This document shows, piece by piece, positions 1-8,672 of a stretch of 20,000 nt of DNA; the stretch's first letter is position 1, and each line of letters starts with the position of its first letter. The stretch is from an uncultured virus (IMG/VR IMGVR_UViG_3300049828_000286) (Duplodnaviria; Heunggongvirae; Uroviricota; Caudoviricetes), in IMG/VR virus record IMGVR_UViG_3300049828_000286; one strand, given 5' to 3'. Under the pieces are notes generated by a model. That model was not told the origin of the DNA, searched no databases, and saw only the letters and a program-made list of their open reading frames with translations. The translations under genes were made by a program, and so were the position numbers.

Positions 1-1
1 A

Positions 2-343
2 GCTGCCATTGTGTCCAGGCCGGCTAAACCACTCATGGTTCTCCATGCCCACGATGTAATCCTGTGGACTTGGAATGAAGCGGTTTGCAAAGTCCTCCAG
101 GACATGCTGCTCACCGATCAGCTTGACCGGTACAGTCTTGCCATCACTGTTCGTGATCGTCGTGCCGAACACGCGCTCCAGGATGACGCCGATGAACCAG
201 CTGTTGTGTGTAAGGACACGATGGCGATTGTCAGAGATGGCAATCTTGCTGCTGTCCATCAGGTCATGGATGGGCAAGTAGTCCTCAGCCTTGCCGCCAT
301 ACCGCCTGGCCGAACTCACCGCATGATGATAGGGCTTAGACAC
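2..343 (-). CDS. DUF6915-like conserved phage protein (runs off the left edge)
   Basis: Own translation: (M)SKPYHHAVSSARRYGGKAEDYLPIHDLMDSSK...DNRHRVLTHNSWF...ERVFGTTITNSDGKTVPVKLIGEQHVLEDF...FIPS. Matches the recalled DUF6915 pattern. Absent from the ORF track because it lacks a stop in the window. Confidence 0.75.
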   Translation of the reverse strand, partial: MSKPYHHAVSSARRYGGKAEDYLPIHDLMDSSKIAISDNRHRVLTHNSWFIGVILERVFGTTITNSDGKTVPVKLIGEQHVLEDFANRFIPSPQDYIVGMENHEWFSRPGHNGS

Positions 344-740
344 GTGGCAGCTCATTGACCACACTGACCTCGTACTGAGTGGCAAAGACCTTGTCGTAAA
401 TGCGGTCCCGTACCTCGTCTGGCAGGCTCATAATCAGGTCGCCGACATCCGTGTCTTGCCCTGCGATGATGCCAGCTGCCACCTTCTCCTTCTCGGTCAG
501 CTCTGTAATGACACATTTCCTCATGTCCTGGTCGTGGCCCCATCCACCCTGGACGGTGTCGAACCAGACTGACAGATCGTCATCGCCCATCTCGTCGTAG
601 AAATCCCGCGTCTGCTCCGTGACCCACTTTTTAGCTTCTTCCAGTGAGCCTGTCACGAACGCGGGAGACATCCCGTCAGAGCTGCTGTACGTTTCGTCGT
701 TGTACTCCCAGCTGGACTGTCCCACCACGTACTGCTTCAT
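336..740 (-). CDS. acidic hypothetical phage protein
   Basis: 134 aa ORF; ATGA overlap with upstream gene; internal KVAAGII motif. Confidence 0.7.
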   Translation of the reverse strand: MKQYVVGQSSWEYNDETYSSSDGMSPAFVTGSLEEAKKWVTEQTRDFYDEMGDDDLSVWFDTVQGGWGHDQDMRKCVITELTEKEKVAAGIIAGQDTDVGDLIMSLPDEVRDRIYDKVFATQYEVSVVNELPRV

Positions 741-1042
741 ACCTGGTCGGCCTCGATGTGCTGGTAGTACGCTTCGAGAACAGCAGTACGAAGGGCCGTG
801 TTGGCCTGTGGATTCCCCTGGTCGATGGGTACGAGGTACACGTACTTCTGGTCCTCGCCATCCTTGTCCTTGTAGCGGCGGTCAGGGAAGTCTACGAATG
901 GCTCCTTGCCGTCGATCTTGGACTTCCAGATGCTGATACCGCGAAGCTTGAGGCCATCCAGTGTGCCCTTCTCGAACCAGATTTCCGCCTCGGCAAGCTT
1001 GCTCTCTGGACGGCGAGTGTTCTTAATGATACGGATACGCAT
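737..1042 (-). CDS. SpoVG-like nucleic-acid-binding protein (paralog 1)
   Basis: KLAEAEIWF...GLKLRGISIWKS...FVDFPDRRYKDKDGE...YVYLVPI...LRTAVLEAY follows the SpoVG pattern; AGGAG RBS. Confidence 0.75.
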   Translation of the reverse strand: MRIRIIKNTRRPESKLAEAEIWFEKGTLDGLKLRGISIWKSKIDGKEPFVDFPDRRYKDKDGEDQKYVYLVPIDQGNPQANTALRTAVLEAYYQHIEADQV

Positions 1043-1071
1043 AGATACTCCTGTTTTGTGTGTGACTTGGG

Positions 1072-1227
1072 TTAAAACAACTGGCCCGCGATGAGCCGAC
1101 TCGTCTTGATTTTCAGCAGAATGCGCTGAAGCAGGCTCAGCCCGTGCAGTCGCTCTTCTTTGAGGGACTTGGCAATCGCATCTCTCATCGTGACGCGTGT
1201 GCTCTTGCCATCAGAATAGAACATCAT
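1072..1227 (-). CDS. small hypothetical protein ending RLIAGQLF
   Basis: Start overlaps stop of the 1224-1337 ORF. Confidence 0.55.
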   Translation of the reverse strand: MMFYSDGKSTRVTMRDAIAKSLKEERLHGLSLLQRILLKIKTSRLIAGQLF

Positions 1228-1337
1228 GCGTAGTACTCTATGATCGCCATGGTCCATTCACGTGACTCTTTCTGGTACTCCAGGTCATCCGTGATTCGCT
1301 GGATAACCTCAAGGATGCTCTCGATGGTGGCATCCAT
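1224..1337 (-). CDS. 37 aa peptide MDATIESILEVIQRITDDLEYQKESREWTMAIIEYYA
   Basis: Own translation; fills the gap exactly; N-terminus resembles that of the 1339-1755 ORF. Confidence 0.5.
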   Translation of the reverse strand: MDATIESILEVIQRITDDLEYQKESREWTMAIIEYYA

Positions 1338-1338
1338 C

Positions 1339-1755
1339 TCAGTCATGCTCGTATTCCTTTACTTCTGTTCGACCATCGGCGTACACAACAACCTTCGCGT
1401 GATCGCCAAAGGTCTCATGGAAGAAGTCTTCATCGAATCCATCGAGAAACGCACTCAGCTTGCTCTCGAGTAGCTCGTGGCCACCGTATCCAAGTTCCTC
1501 GTCGATGCCACGTTCATCGTCCTCTCCGTCAAACCGTGCGAATGGATAGGACGTGTTTACGCCAAACTCGCACGGATCTCCGTCGTTGAAGTAGGGCGTG
1601 TATTGTGTCCATCCGAAGTACAGCAGCGTCGGAAACTCCTCGAAGATTTTCTTCGCTGTCTCAGTAAACATGCTCTCCATGAGAGTGTTCTTTTCTGCCG
1701 ACAAATCGGAGATCTTCTGAATGATCTCGAGGATCCTCTTGTTCGTATCGTTCAT
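1339..1755 (-). CDS. conserved phage hypothetical protein (WTQYTPYFNDGDPCEFGV motif)
   Basis: Motif recalled from phage hypothetical proteins; GGAG RBS. Confidence 0.75.
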   Translation of the reverse strand: MNDTNKRILEIIQKISDLSAEKNTLMESMFTETAKKIFEEFPTLLYFGWTQYTPYFNDGDPCEFGVNTSYPFARFDGEDDERGIDEELGYGGHELLESKLSAFLDGFDEDFFHETFGDHAKVVVYADGRTEVKEYEHD

Positions 1756-1924
1756 GATTGCTCCAGGACGAGAACGGGCATTCCCTGATGCCTTAGGTGT
1801 TCAATGATGCGTCGAGCTGACGTGTCACACGCACGCACACAGTAGTGTCCAAGCCAGTGTGCGTCCAGTGGATCAAATGGCCAGTGCCGACAGTAGATGA
1901 ACCAGGTCCGGTCACGCTTCCAGG

Positions 1925-2212
1925 CTACGGCACCGTGGCAGTGTCGATGTCCTCCATGAACGCATTCAGGAAGCCGACGATCTCGCGGAACTGTTGCGCA
2001 CTGAGCTGTGATGCCGACCCGGCGATCCTGATGTCCACTTGATCGAGGTCCCATGACAGGCCATACGAAACGCTCAGTAGCCATTTGCGATTTCTCTCAT
2101 TCGCGATGTCAAACCGGAGACGACTACTACTCGTGTCTTTCTGGATGCACAGGGACATTCCATGACTGATGCCCGTCGAGACTATCGCCTTATCGCTGTT
2201 CTTCGTGTTCAT
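1925..2212 (-). CDS. hypothetical protein
   Basis: ORF in gene train; start assigned to MNTKNS. Confidence 0.6.
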   Translation of the reverse strand: MNTKNSDKAIVSTGISHGMSLCIQKDTSSSRLRFDIANERNRKWLLSVSYGLSWDLDQVDIRIAGSASQLSAQQFREIVGFLNAFMEDIDTATVP

Positions 2213-2360
2213 CCTTGACACGCCTCTTATGTTTAGACCGTCTACCGTCCCTGTCCTTCTCTGTCCGATGTGGCCGTGTGGGCTTTGGCACTGGTACGCG
2301 CGGCAGCCAGCGCTTCTTCTTATCCTTCGTAGGTTCTTGTTTATATTCTGCGGATCTCAT
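2190..2360 (-). CDS. small basic protein (PKPTRPHR...RSKHK)
   Basis: Lys/Arg-rich 56 aa ORF overlapping both neighbours. Confidence 0.5.
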   Translation of the reverse strand: MRSAEYKQEPTKDKKKRWLPRVPVPKPTRPHRTEKDRDGRRSKHKRRVKDEHEEQR

Positions 2361-2583
2361 CAGCGGTAAGCAACATGCGATAGTCATTTCGGTCAATGGC
2401 CCACTTGTACATTTGTGTAAGGGTCATCCAGTGATCATCACTCATGTGGTACCCGTGATAGTGGCCCGTAACACGAATCACGTAGCCACTGGATAGCCTG
2501 GCGTACTTATAGGGCTCCTCTCCAGAGAGTTTGGCCGCAATGAGCAGCTTGTCAATCTTACCCAGTTGCTCGGCTACGGCCAT
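2341..2583 (-). CDS. hypothetical protein with N-terminal AVAEQLGK / LLIAAKLSG
   Basis: AAGGAG upstream of ATG at 2583. Confidence 0.6.
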   Translation of the reverse strand: MAVAEQLGKIDKLLIAAKLSGEEPYKYARLSSGYVIRVTGHYHGYHMSDDHWMTLTQMYKWAIDRNDYRMLLTADEIRRI

Positions 2584-3034
2584 GTTGCCGTCTCTCCTTT
2601 GCGCGCTCTCGGAGACCTTCCTCACTATACTTAAGGCTCTTTTGCGCTATCCCTGCCCAGACAATCGTGCGTCCAGACCAATACCGCTTTGAGATGGTTC
2701 GATGCCTCAGTTCCATCCATAATCGGTACGCGTGCGAGACGTGATTGGCCATCTTCATGTTATTGACCAAGTTCATGGTCGCTTCCTGAAACGATGTACC
2801 ACATCCTACGCCGAGTTCAGTGAGTGAATAACCTGCACCGAAATTACCTTTCCTCAGCTGCGCTGTCATGGTAAATCGGGTGTAGGTCTTTCTGGAGCCA
2901 TCCCACTTAGGATAGTCGGCGTCAAGTCTGACGCACACCTCGGAGGGGATGTTCTCGAGATGCACGACCGTCACTTCCTTTGGCGTGAACATCTGCGATG
3001 CGCTTGAATTTTCCTTTTCTGATGTTGTTTCCAT
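2558..3034 (-). CDS. hypothetical protein (start uncertain)
   Basis: 158 aa ORF; long overlap with the upstream ORF suggests the true start may be MFTPKEV. Confidence 0.6.
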   Translation of the reverse strand: METTSEKENSSASQMFTPKEVTVVHLENIPSEVCVRLDADYPKWDGSRKTYTRFTMTAQLRKGNFGAGYSLTELGVGCGTSFQEATMNLVNNMKMANHVSHAYRLWMELRHRTISKRYWSGRTIVWAGIAQKSLKYSEEGLRERAKERRQHGRSRATG

Positions 3035-3323
3035 AGTTGAGCACGCCTTCTCTGATTTCTGTACGAGGCCGATAGCCGCAAAACGTGAGCCACGTCATCG
3101 CAGCTCTCGCTCTGTCATGTTTAGCCAATATTGCTAGCAGCCTGGACATGTCATCCTGCCACGTCACTAGACTCCATGTGACGATGGCCTCTAGTAGGCA
3201 TCCATCGACGGACACGTAGAGCTTTCTGACCGTGGAGCTGTCGTAGTAGTGAACCGTGAAGGCCCTTGCGCCTAAGAGCTTAGCCGCGACGATGTCCTTA
3301 TCGCTAAAGACCACTAAGGACAT
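2922..3323 (-). CDS. hypothetical protein with N-terminal DIVAAKLLG
   Basis: GAGG RBS; overlaps phosphoesterase stop. Confidence 0.6.
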   Translation of the reverse strand: MSLVVFSDKDIVAAKLLGARAFTVHYYDSSTVRKLYVSVDGCLLEAIVTWSLVTWQDDMSRLLAILAKHDRARAAMTWLTFCGYRPRTEIREGVLNYGNNIRKGKFKRIADVHAKGSDGRASREHPLRGVRQT

Positions 3324-3900
3324 CGGCTACCTCGTCATAGTGAACTGGCCGGAAGTCCCAGACATCCACGCCGACATTGAGCATGCGGCCATTCGTCTTC
3401 CAGGCCTCGTGAACATGGCCATGAATGAGCAGCCCACCGCTGTCCACTGGCCTGTACGGCGAGAGCTTCTCTTCTCGGCCATCGACGTGATCGCCGTGGT
3501 ATGGCAGATGACACAGCCGTACAGCTTCCGTCTTGCCATGGAGGTGAAAGAGCAGCGTATCCGTCTCGTGAATGCTCTTGAAGTACTTCAGGTACTCCTG
3601 CTCCCAATGCTCTCGCATACCTGGACGCTTGTGGTGATAACAGCGATGCGTCCTGTCGTGGTTGCCGTCGATGAGATACTTCTGGCCGTTCAGCCTGTCC
3701 ATGATAGGCAGGCTTTTGGCAATCTCACCCATGGCCACGTCGCCAAGGACCGTTACGAAGTCATTGGGCCGCACGACCGCGTTCCAGTTGTCCACGATGG
3801 CCTCTGTCATGTGGTCAAGGTCTGTGAATGGCCGTTTGGATAGCTCGATGATGCGGGCATGGCCTAGGTGAAGGTCGGCCGTGAACCAGGAATTGCTCAT
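3304..3900 (-). CDS. calcineurin-like metallophosphoesterase
   Basis: Metal-binding motifs present: DLHLGH, LGDV, GNHD, LCH, HGHVH, plus NVGVD; ATGA overlap at 3897-3900. Confidence 0.92.
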   Translation of the reverse strand: MSNSWFTADLHLGHARIIELSKRPFTDLDHMTEAIVDNWNAVVRPNDFVTVLGDVAMGEIAKSLPIMDRLNGQKYLIDGNHDRTHRCYHHKRPGMREHWEQEYLKYFKSIHETDTLLFHLHGKTEAVRLCHLPYHGDHVDGREEKLSPYRPVDSGGLLIHGHVHEAWKTNGRMLNVGVDVWDFRPVHYDEVADVLSGL

Positions 3901-4217
3901 TGGATTTCTACCAGCTCCCATCGTGGTCCTGGCTTCTTGACCCCAGCAACGACTTCATCGAACGTGTACCCTGAAATGCGCCTAACCATGAAGCCGGTTT
4001 TATTCCCACTCACAATTTCTTGGGCTCCAGTCGCAGCCACATCAGCCAGTATGTCTGCGGTCACCTTTTCAGCAGTCAAGTTCTCGATCTTGCGAGCGTG
4101 CTTCGCCTGCAGAGCAAGGACTTTTGCTGAGGCAACATCAGGCGCGACGACCCAGCACCCACAGTGCGCCTTGTTGTGAACTCGAAAGATATCCATGCCA
4201 GAGGATCCCGTGCTCAT
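3897..4217 (-). CDS. hypothetical protein
   Basis: Coupled by ATGA overlaps on both sides. Confidence 0.65.
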   Translation of the reverse strand: MSTGSSGMDIFRVHNKAHCGCWVVAPDVASAKVLALQAKHARKIENLTAEKVTADILADVAATGAQEIVSGNKTGFMVRRISGYTFDEVVAGVKKPGPRWELVEIQ

Positions 4218-4633
4218 TGGATTTCTCCTACTGGGTTGTCCGGGAACGTCGCATGGCGAATAAGCGTGTATGCCATAGCAAACTCACACTCATACTTCCG
4301 CCATCGATCCGGATCTAAGCCAAGATCTCCGGCTGTCTCGTCTCGATAGATGCCTTGCTGCGCGAATCGCATTCGCTCGATACATGCAGCCATCATCTCC
4401 AACCTTGCGTTCTCTGGCCTGTGCCGTGGCTGGATACTCCCGACCATGAAATCAGGGCCGTATATCCAGTCCCGCTCGCCAAAGTAGAAATAAGCCCTCC
4501 AGCACGGAGTGAAGACTTGTGATCTGGTACACAGAGACAGCCTCACGAGCTTTACCTCGCACCCATAGAGCAGTGCTCCAGCCATACCATGACGGGCGAT
4601 CTGTTCGTGTGACGCTGTATGAAGGTCTAGCAT
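4214..4633 (-). CDS. hypothetical protein
   Basis: 139 aa ORF in gene train. Confidence 0.65.
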   Translation of the reverse strand: MLDLHTASHEQIARHGMAGALLYGCEVKLVRLSLCTRSQVFTPCWRAYFYFGERDWIYGPDFMVGSIQPRHRPENARLEMMAACIERMRFAQQGIYRDETAGDLGLDPDRWRKYECEFAMAYTLIRHATFPDNPVGEIQ

Positions 4634-4652
4634 ACCATGGAGCTTAATGCGA

Positions 4653-5342
4653 CTATGATGTTTTTGGGCCGTACATGAGCCAGAACAGTGTGCTCAACGC
4701 GCTATTGATGGAGGCCGTCTTTGCCTTGATGTCAATGCCCCCACTGTGAAGCGTGCATGTTACGTTGTTGTAGTCAGTGGTGAAGTTGAAATCAAACGTC
4801 CCTCCACGAGCGACACTCATCGCGAGCTGGTCAGGTGTTTTCTCGACGTTCTGTCGGTTCACCCTCATGCCATATAATCGGGCCGAGGCATTTTGTCCCA
4901 GAGCCGATGGAACGAGGGCACACAGCGCGTCCATTTGTTGGCGAATGTTTCGCTGCGCACTGCTGTCCTTGTCGCGTGCTGATAGCAGCGTTTGCCACAA
5001 ATCACGGCTACTGGTGATGAATTCCTGCATCCGCTTGACCTGTGTCGCTGTCTTGTAGTGCCTGAACACCTCGATGCTCCTGTGGCCATCTTCCCCAGAT
5101 ATTCGATAGTTATGCGGGATGTACGTATGCAACGGGGCCTGGAGGTTCGATAGCGCTACCTTGAGATGACGGCCTTCTCGTCGCTGAACCTGATACACAG
5201 GCTGATCCTCGACTGGCCTGTCAGGGAAAGCTGTGGGATCGCGATACTCCGAGTACTCCCACGATGACACACCGACATCAGGCGCAGGGAGTTCGGTCCA
5301 TCCGAGCGCCTGTACCAACATGGCAAGCTGTGCTTGTGTCAT
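4653..5342 (-). CDS. hypothetical protein
   Basis: 229 aa ORF; GGAG RBS. Confidence 0.7.
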   Translation of the reverse strand: MTQAQLAMLVQALGWTELPAPDVGVSSWEYSEYRDPTAFPDRPVEDQPVYQVQRREGRHLKVALSNLQAPLHTYIPHNYRISGEDGHRSIEVFRHYKTATQVKRMQEFITSSRDLWQTLLSARDKDSSAQRNIRQQMDALCALVPSALGQNASARLYGMRVNRQNVEKTPDQLAMSVARGGTFDFNFTTDYNNVTCTLHSGGIDIKAKTASINSALSTLFWLMYGPKTS

Positions 5343-5410
5343 GACATCTCCAATCCAAGCGGCCTCTGTACCAGCCGATCATTGTCCACGAGTTGTATGC
5401 ATTGGCCTCG

Positions 5411-5671
5411 TCAGCCGTTCTCCTCGCGGTTAATGGCCAAGACCGTTATGGCCATGCGAACATCCTGGTCTTTCACAGCAAGAGCCCTAAGCATGCTGGC
5501 CGTGAATTGCAAGCGACGATTATAGCCAGTTAACCATCCCTCGCGTCGACCCTTCAGCACACACCAGCTGCGTTTTATTGGCCGTCTACACAACACACCA
5601 GCTGGCCTATAGACGTAAGGCTTAGCCTGCTGTAGTCTGGCCGCCACTACCAGTCGCTCGAATGTCGTCAT
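5411..5671 (-). CDS. basic hypothetical protein with N-terminal RLVVAARL
   Basis: ATGA overlap; flanked by a 29-bp direct repeat. Confidence 0.6.
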   Translation of the reverse strand: MTTFERLVVAARLQQAKPYVYRPAGVLCRRPIKRSWCVLKGRREGWLTGYNRRLQFTASMLRALAVKDQDVRMAITVLAINREENG

Positions 5672-5859
5672 AGCCCTAATGGCCTCTGTACCAGTTGATC
5701 ATTGTTCACACTCCTGAGAACGAACGACTGCTTGATCCCGAGGTCAGGCTGGTCCTTGACGATACGTTCTGCTGAGGGCCTGTCACCACAGCAGGCCACG
5801 AATCGGCCATCGCTGTCTGTGATAACAAACATGACATCATTAGCCCTGATGCGTGTCAC
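5668..5859 (-). CDS. small hypothetical protein
   Basis: GTGA/ATGA overlaps on both sides. Confidence 0.6.
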   Translation of the reverse strand: MTRIRANDVMFVITDSDGRFVACCGDRPSAERIVKDQPDLGIKQSFVLRSVNNDQLVQRPLGL

Positions 5860-6290
5860 GCAACCAGTTTTCGTCGCATGTGGAACTCACCTTGCCATGG
5901 CTCCCACCTAGCTCGCATCCTGGCCAGTGTGGCCAACGGGACATGGTGCAGGTTGCTGACGTACAGCTCGTAGTCCGTCATGCCCCCATCGAACAGGCTG
6001 ATGACCTTGACCGGGATGCCCATGCTCCATGCCATCTCGAGGTACGGCTTCATCTCCTGAACCGTCGTGAACGTGTTGGCTACCACGACATTCTGGCCTT
6101 CCTTGAGGGCATCCTCTGTCTCTCGCTGGCATTGCTGATGACAAAAGGCCAACTTGGCAGGGTCGAACAGATAGCGACCCTGGCCATCATGCATGTACAT
6201 GTCAGCCTCGATATGGAAGCTGCCAGTAAACAGGTTGACCGCCGTGTACGACTTGCCAGCACCTGGCAAGCCTCGCAGTAGGACCAGCAT
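5856..6290 (-). CDS. P-loop kinase, AAA_33 / polynucleotide-kinase-like
   Basis: LVLLRGLPGAGKS Walker A, IEADMY, VVVANTFT, NLHHVP...MRARWE; typical of the phage AAA_33 family. Confidence 0.88.
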   Translation of the reverse strand: MLVLLRGLPGAGKSYTAVNLFTGSFHIEADMYMHDGQGRYLFDPAKLAFCHQQCQRETEDALKEGQNVVVANTFTTVQEMKPYLEMAWSMGIPVKVISLFDGGMTDYELYVSNLHHVPLATLARMRARWEPWQGEFHMRRKLVA

Positions 6291-6304
6291 ATTAGAACGC
6301 CAGG

Positions 6305-6739
6305 TCACTTCTTTACCTTCCTTTTTAGGTGACTCTTCCAACGTCGCATGTGGACCATGGCAGCTGCGACCAGTTCAAGGTTGTTGGGCTCGTCAGACAC
6401 TGCCCGCATAGCATCAGAGAACCTGTCGCGCTGGTACTTTTCCTTGTCCCACTCCTTATGTAGCTTCTGGATGAGTGTCTGAGCCTGATGTTCCTCTTCT
6501 AGGGTAAGGTCCGAATAACCCTTTGCCTCTGAGACGTGTCGATTCAGGATGGGCAGTACAAGATCACGAGCCTTTCCGGTCAGCTCATCGTTAATATTGC
6601 CAGTTGCCACCATGTCCCTGAACTCTTCCCCGATGCTAGAGGCATAGACGGCGGGTATTGCTTCATCGAAGAAGCGAAAACGCTGCTCTAATGTCAGGCA
6701 CCCCAGCCGAAATCTAAACAGGCTGATATCGTCTGACAC
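6305..6739 (-). CDS. helical hypothetical protein with C-terminal ELVAAAM
   Basis: 144 aa ORF starting immediately after the upstream stop. Confidence 0.65.
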   Translation of the reverse strand: MSDDISLFRFRLGCLTLEQRFRFFDEAIPAVYASSIGEEFRDMVATGNINDELTGKARDLVLPILNRHVSEAKGYSDLTLEEEHQAQTLIQKLHKEWDKEKYQRDRFSDAMRAVSDEPNNLELVAAAMVHMRRWKSHLKRKVKK

Positions 6740-6913
6740 CTAGGCGACCTTCCGGTTGAGACGGCTGAAAGCCTTCCGCTGCTGGCGGGTCGCCTTCTTG
6801 CCGTTGAGGCCGAAGTGGGCCTGAATGGCCGCGTGTCGTTCCAGGCACTTCTTGCCCCAGGACGATCCGTTCATGCCGGGGAACTCGCTCTTCTTGATGC
6901 TGCGAACGCTCAT
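6740..6913 (-). CDS. small basic hypothetical protein
   Basis: AGGAG RBS before MSVRSIKK. Confidence 0.65.
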   Translation of the reverse strand: MSVRSIKKSEFPGMNGSSWGKKCLERHAAIQAHFGLNGKKATRQQRKAFSRLNRKVA

Positions 6914-6953
6914 AGTGGTATTACTCCTGTATTGTGTGTATTTCTCGTGAACA

Positions 6954-6975
6954 TCAGATCGGCACACTGTGCCGG
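6954..6975. repeat. palindromic element copy 1 (GGCACA-C-TGTGCC)
   Basis: TCAGATCGGCACACTGTGCCGG directly after the stop of 6976-7353. Confidence 0.75.
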
Positions 6976-7353
6976 TTAGTAGAGGTATCCGTGATACTCC
7001 TCGTCAGCGATGGTATGACCGTTATCCCTGGCCCACTGCTTTGCCGCAGAGATGCCAGCATCCTTGTAGGCATTGTTCCACTCTGCGCCGTCCGAGGAAA
7101 TCAACGCACGGTCGTTCTGGTAGCTGCCACTGGTTACCTCGATGTCAACTAACTCGCCGACTGTAGCCGCCATGGCATCCAGCTTAGCCCTCACATCAGC
7201 AGGTATACCGGTATCGACCCAAGCACCCTCACGACCCTTACGGCCTGGTGTTTTGTTGTCAGTGATCCACGCGTAGTGGCCCTCATTGACCAGGGACACG
7301 ATCTCATCACCCTGGCCACGTAGCACAACCATGTGTAGCTTCATTCTGCGCAT
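6976..7353 (-). CDS. hypothetical protein
   Basis: 125 aa ORF in gene train. Confidence 0.7.
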   Translation of the reverse strand: MRRMKLHMVVLRGQGDEIVSLVNEGHYAWITDNKTPGRKGREGAWVDTGIPADVRAKLDAMAATVGELVDIEVTSGSYQNDRALISSDGAEWNNAYKDAGISAAKQWARDNGHTIADEEYHGYLY

Positions 7354-7356
7354 CTC

Positions 7357-7647
7357 CTAGACGGGCTTCTTCAGCTTGACGCCGGCCTTGTTGAGCGCGT
7401 GACCAACAGCTTTCCGCTGGGCCGGATTCAACTTCACGAACAGCCGCTTCACAGCGACCAATCGTCCAACAGCCTTGTCTGGATTGTCCCCAGCACTCAG
7501 CTCAGACATGCCAGACACAAACAGGTCAGGGCGGTCCACTGGGTACATCTTGACAGTGGTCGTCACTGGGACCTCGACGCCATTGCGATTGCCGTACTCG
7601 TACACGAAGGACAGTCCGTATGTTCCAGTTTCCAATTCGATCTTCAT
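7357..7647 (-). CDS. conserved phage hypothetical protein (G..ELSAGD..DKAVGR..A..R pattern)
   Basis: AAGGAG RBS; pattern recalled from phage proteins. Confidence 0.7.
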   Translation of the reverse strand: MKIELETGTYGLSFVYEYGNRNGVEVPVTTTVKMYPVDRPDLFVSGMSELSAGDNPDKAVGRLVAVKRLFVKLNPAQRKAVGHALNKAGVKLKKPV

Positions 7648-7662
7648 GGTTGACTCCTTGAG

Positions 7663-7687
7663 ATGTCAGACTGGCACAGTGTGCCGG
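7663..7687. repeat. palindromic element copy 2 (GGCACA-G-TGTGCC)
   Basis: ATGTCAGACTGGCACAGTGTGCCGG, identical to 15048-15072. Confidence 0.8.
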
Positions 7688-7688
7688 T

Positions 7689-7754
7689 TTACGACAGCTT
7701 GACCACGTCTACTGGCATCTCTGCCAGCTTCTCGATCAGCTCCTTGACCGTCAT
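7689..7754 (-). pseudogene. 21-codon remnant MTVKELIEKLAEMPVDVVKLS
   Basis: GGAGG RBS; N-terminus typical of longer phage MTVKELIEKL proteins, but stops 1 nt before the palindromic element. Confidence 0.5.
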
Positions 7755-8011
7755 TAGTCCTCCGTCAGGCCGGTCGCTATCTCGTGCGGAAAACCGATCC
7801 GCATGTAGTCCCTATAGTTCGCGAGTTCAGGGCGGCCATGTGCAACCACGAAACCGACCCAGATGGACTGCCAGACTTCCTCGTCCCACGCCGTCCCATC
7901 GTACTCGTCTGGATTGGCCTCAGCGATGGCGCAGTCGGCCGCTGCTCGGTCGCATATGTCGACCTTCCAGAGCTGCTCAATCTCCTTGTCAGTCATAGCC
8001 TCCGTCCTCAT
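7754..8011 (-). CDS. hypothetical protein ending EIATGLTED
   Basis: Coupled ORF. Confidence 0.65.
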   Translation of the reverse strand: MRTEAMTDKEIEQLWKVDICDRAAADCAIAEANPDEYDGTAWDEEVWQSIWVGFVVAHGRPELANYRDYMRIGFPHEIATGLTED

Positions 8012-8385
8012 CCCATGAGTCCCTTTGCGATCTTGTACTTTGCCACGATGTTCAGCGGGTCAGCGACGACCTGGTTACCTGGGTACTCAATCAGCGACTG
8101 CATCGTCTCGCCATGCTGGAGAATACTATCCAGGGCATCACCACGGTACTTGTTCGTGGCGACGGCCAGGTGTGGCCGCACAATCAGTTCACCTACCACG
8201 AACGTATGGGTGAGCTGGCCGCCAAACAGCATATCACTGCTGGTAGATGCGCCAGCGATTGCTACGCCCTTCTCGCGATGGTTTAAGACGACCATCCAGG
8301 CCGGCACTCTGACCGCCGCGTGGCCATAGAGCATCTTGTGCATGGGACCGCCGTACAGCTCGTCCATCAGGTCCTCTTTGGTCAC
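8008..8385 (-). CDS. hypothetical protein ending KIAKGLMG
   Basis: Coupled ORF. Confidence 0.65.
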   Translation of the reverse strand: MTKEDLMDELYGGPMHKMLYGHAAVRVPAWMVVLNHREKGVAIAGASTSSDMLFGGQLTHTFVVGELIVRPHLAVATNKYRGDALDSILQHGETMQSLIEYPGNQVVADPLNIVAKYKIAKGLMG

Positions 8386-8672
8386 CGGCCTGCTCCGAAT
8401 GCCTCAGCAATCAGCCACCGATCAAGCTTGGCAAGGATCCACTTCTGAAGGCGCTTGCCATTTCTGCCTGGAAGGATAGTTGGCTTTTCCTTTGTGCCGT
8501 ATGTCCAGTAGTTTGGGAGCCTAATACTCGTGTTGCCGTCTCCGTCTTGCACGATGGAGATACCAGGCAGCGACATGTCAATCATGGGCCCTTCATGGAA
8601 GTGCAGCGTGGCAGTAATAGGCGCACCGTGGTAGTTTCTCGTTCTGCTGAACGATACAGTGAGGCTAGGTAT
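8382..8672 (-). CDS. divergent SpoVG-like protein (paralog 3; start uncertain, possibly ATA)
   Basis: ATLHFHEGPMIDMSLPGISIVQ...SIRLP...LQKWIL aligns with AEIWFEKGTLDGLKLRGISIWK (737) and AELHFSAGLLTGSKLVGFAVYR (8665). Confidence 0.55.
   Translation of the reverse strand: MPSLTVSFSRTRNYHGAPITATLHFHEGPMIDMSLPGISIVQDGDGNTSIRLPNYWTYGTKEKPTILPGRNGKRLQKWILAKLDRWLIAEAFGAGR

Noticed and set aside
1072..1090. Beta-clamp binding motif in IAGQLF
   Set aside because: It does not fit QL[SD]LF, and the other tag instances lack the terminal LF.
1752..2084. 110-aa ORF as annotated in the track
   Set aside because: The 5' half overlaps 1925-2212. Only the 3' part (about 1752-1915) looks protein-like and it lacks an in-frame start, so it may be a frameshifted remnant; not called.
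7671..7687. sigma54 promoter (TGGCAC...TGC)
   Set aside because: The GG-to-GC spacing is 8 nt rather than the required 10.
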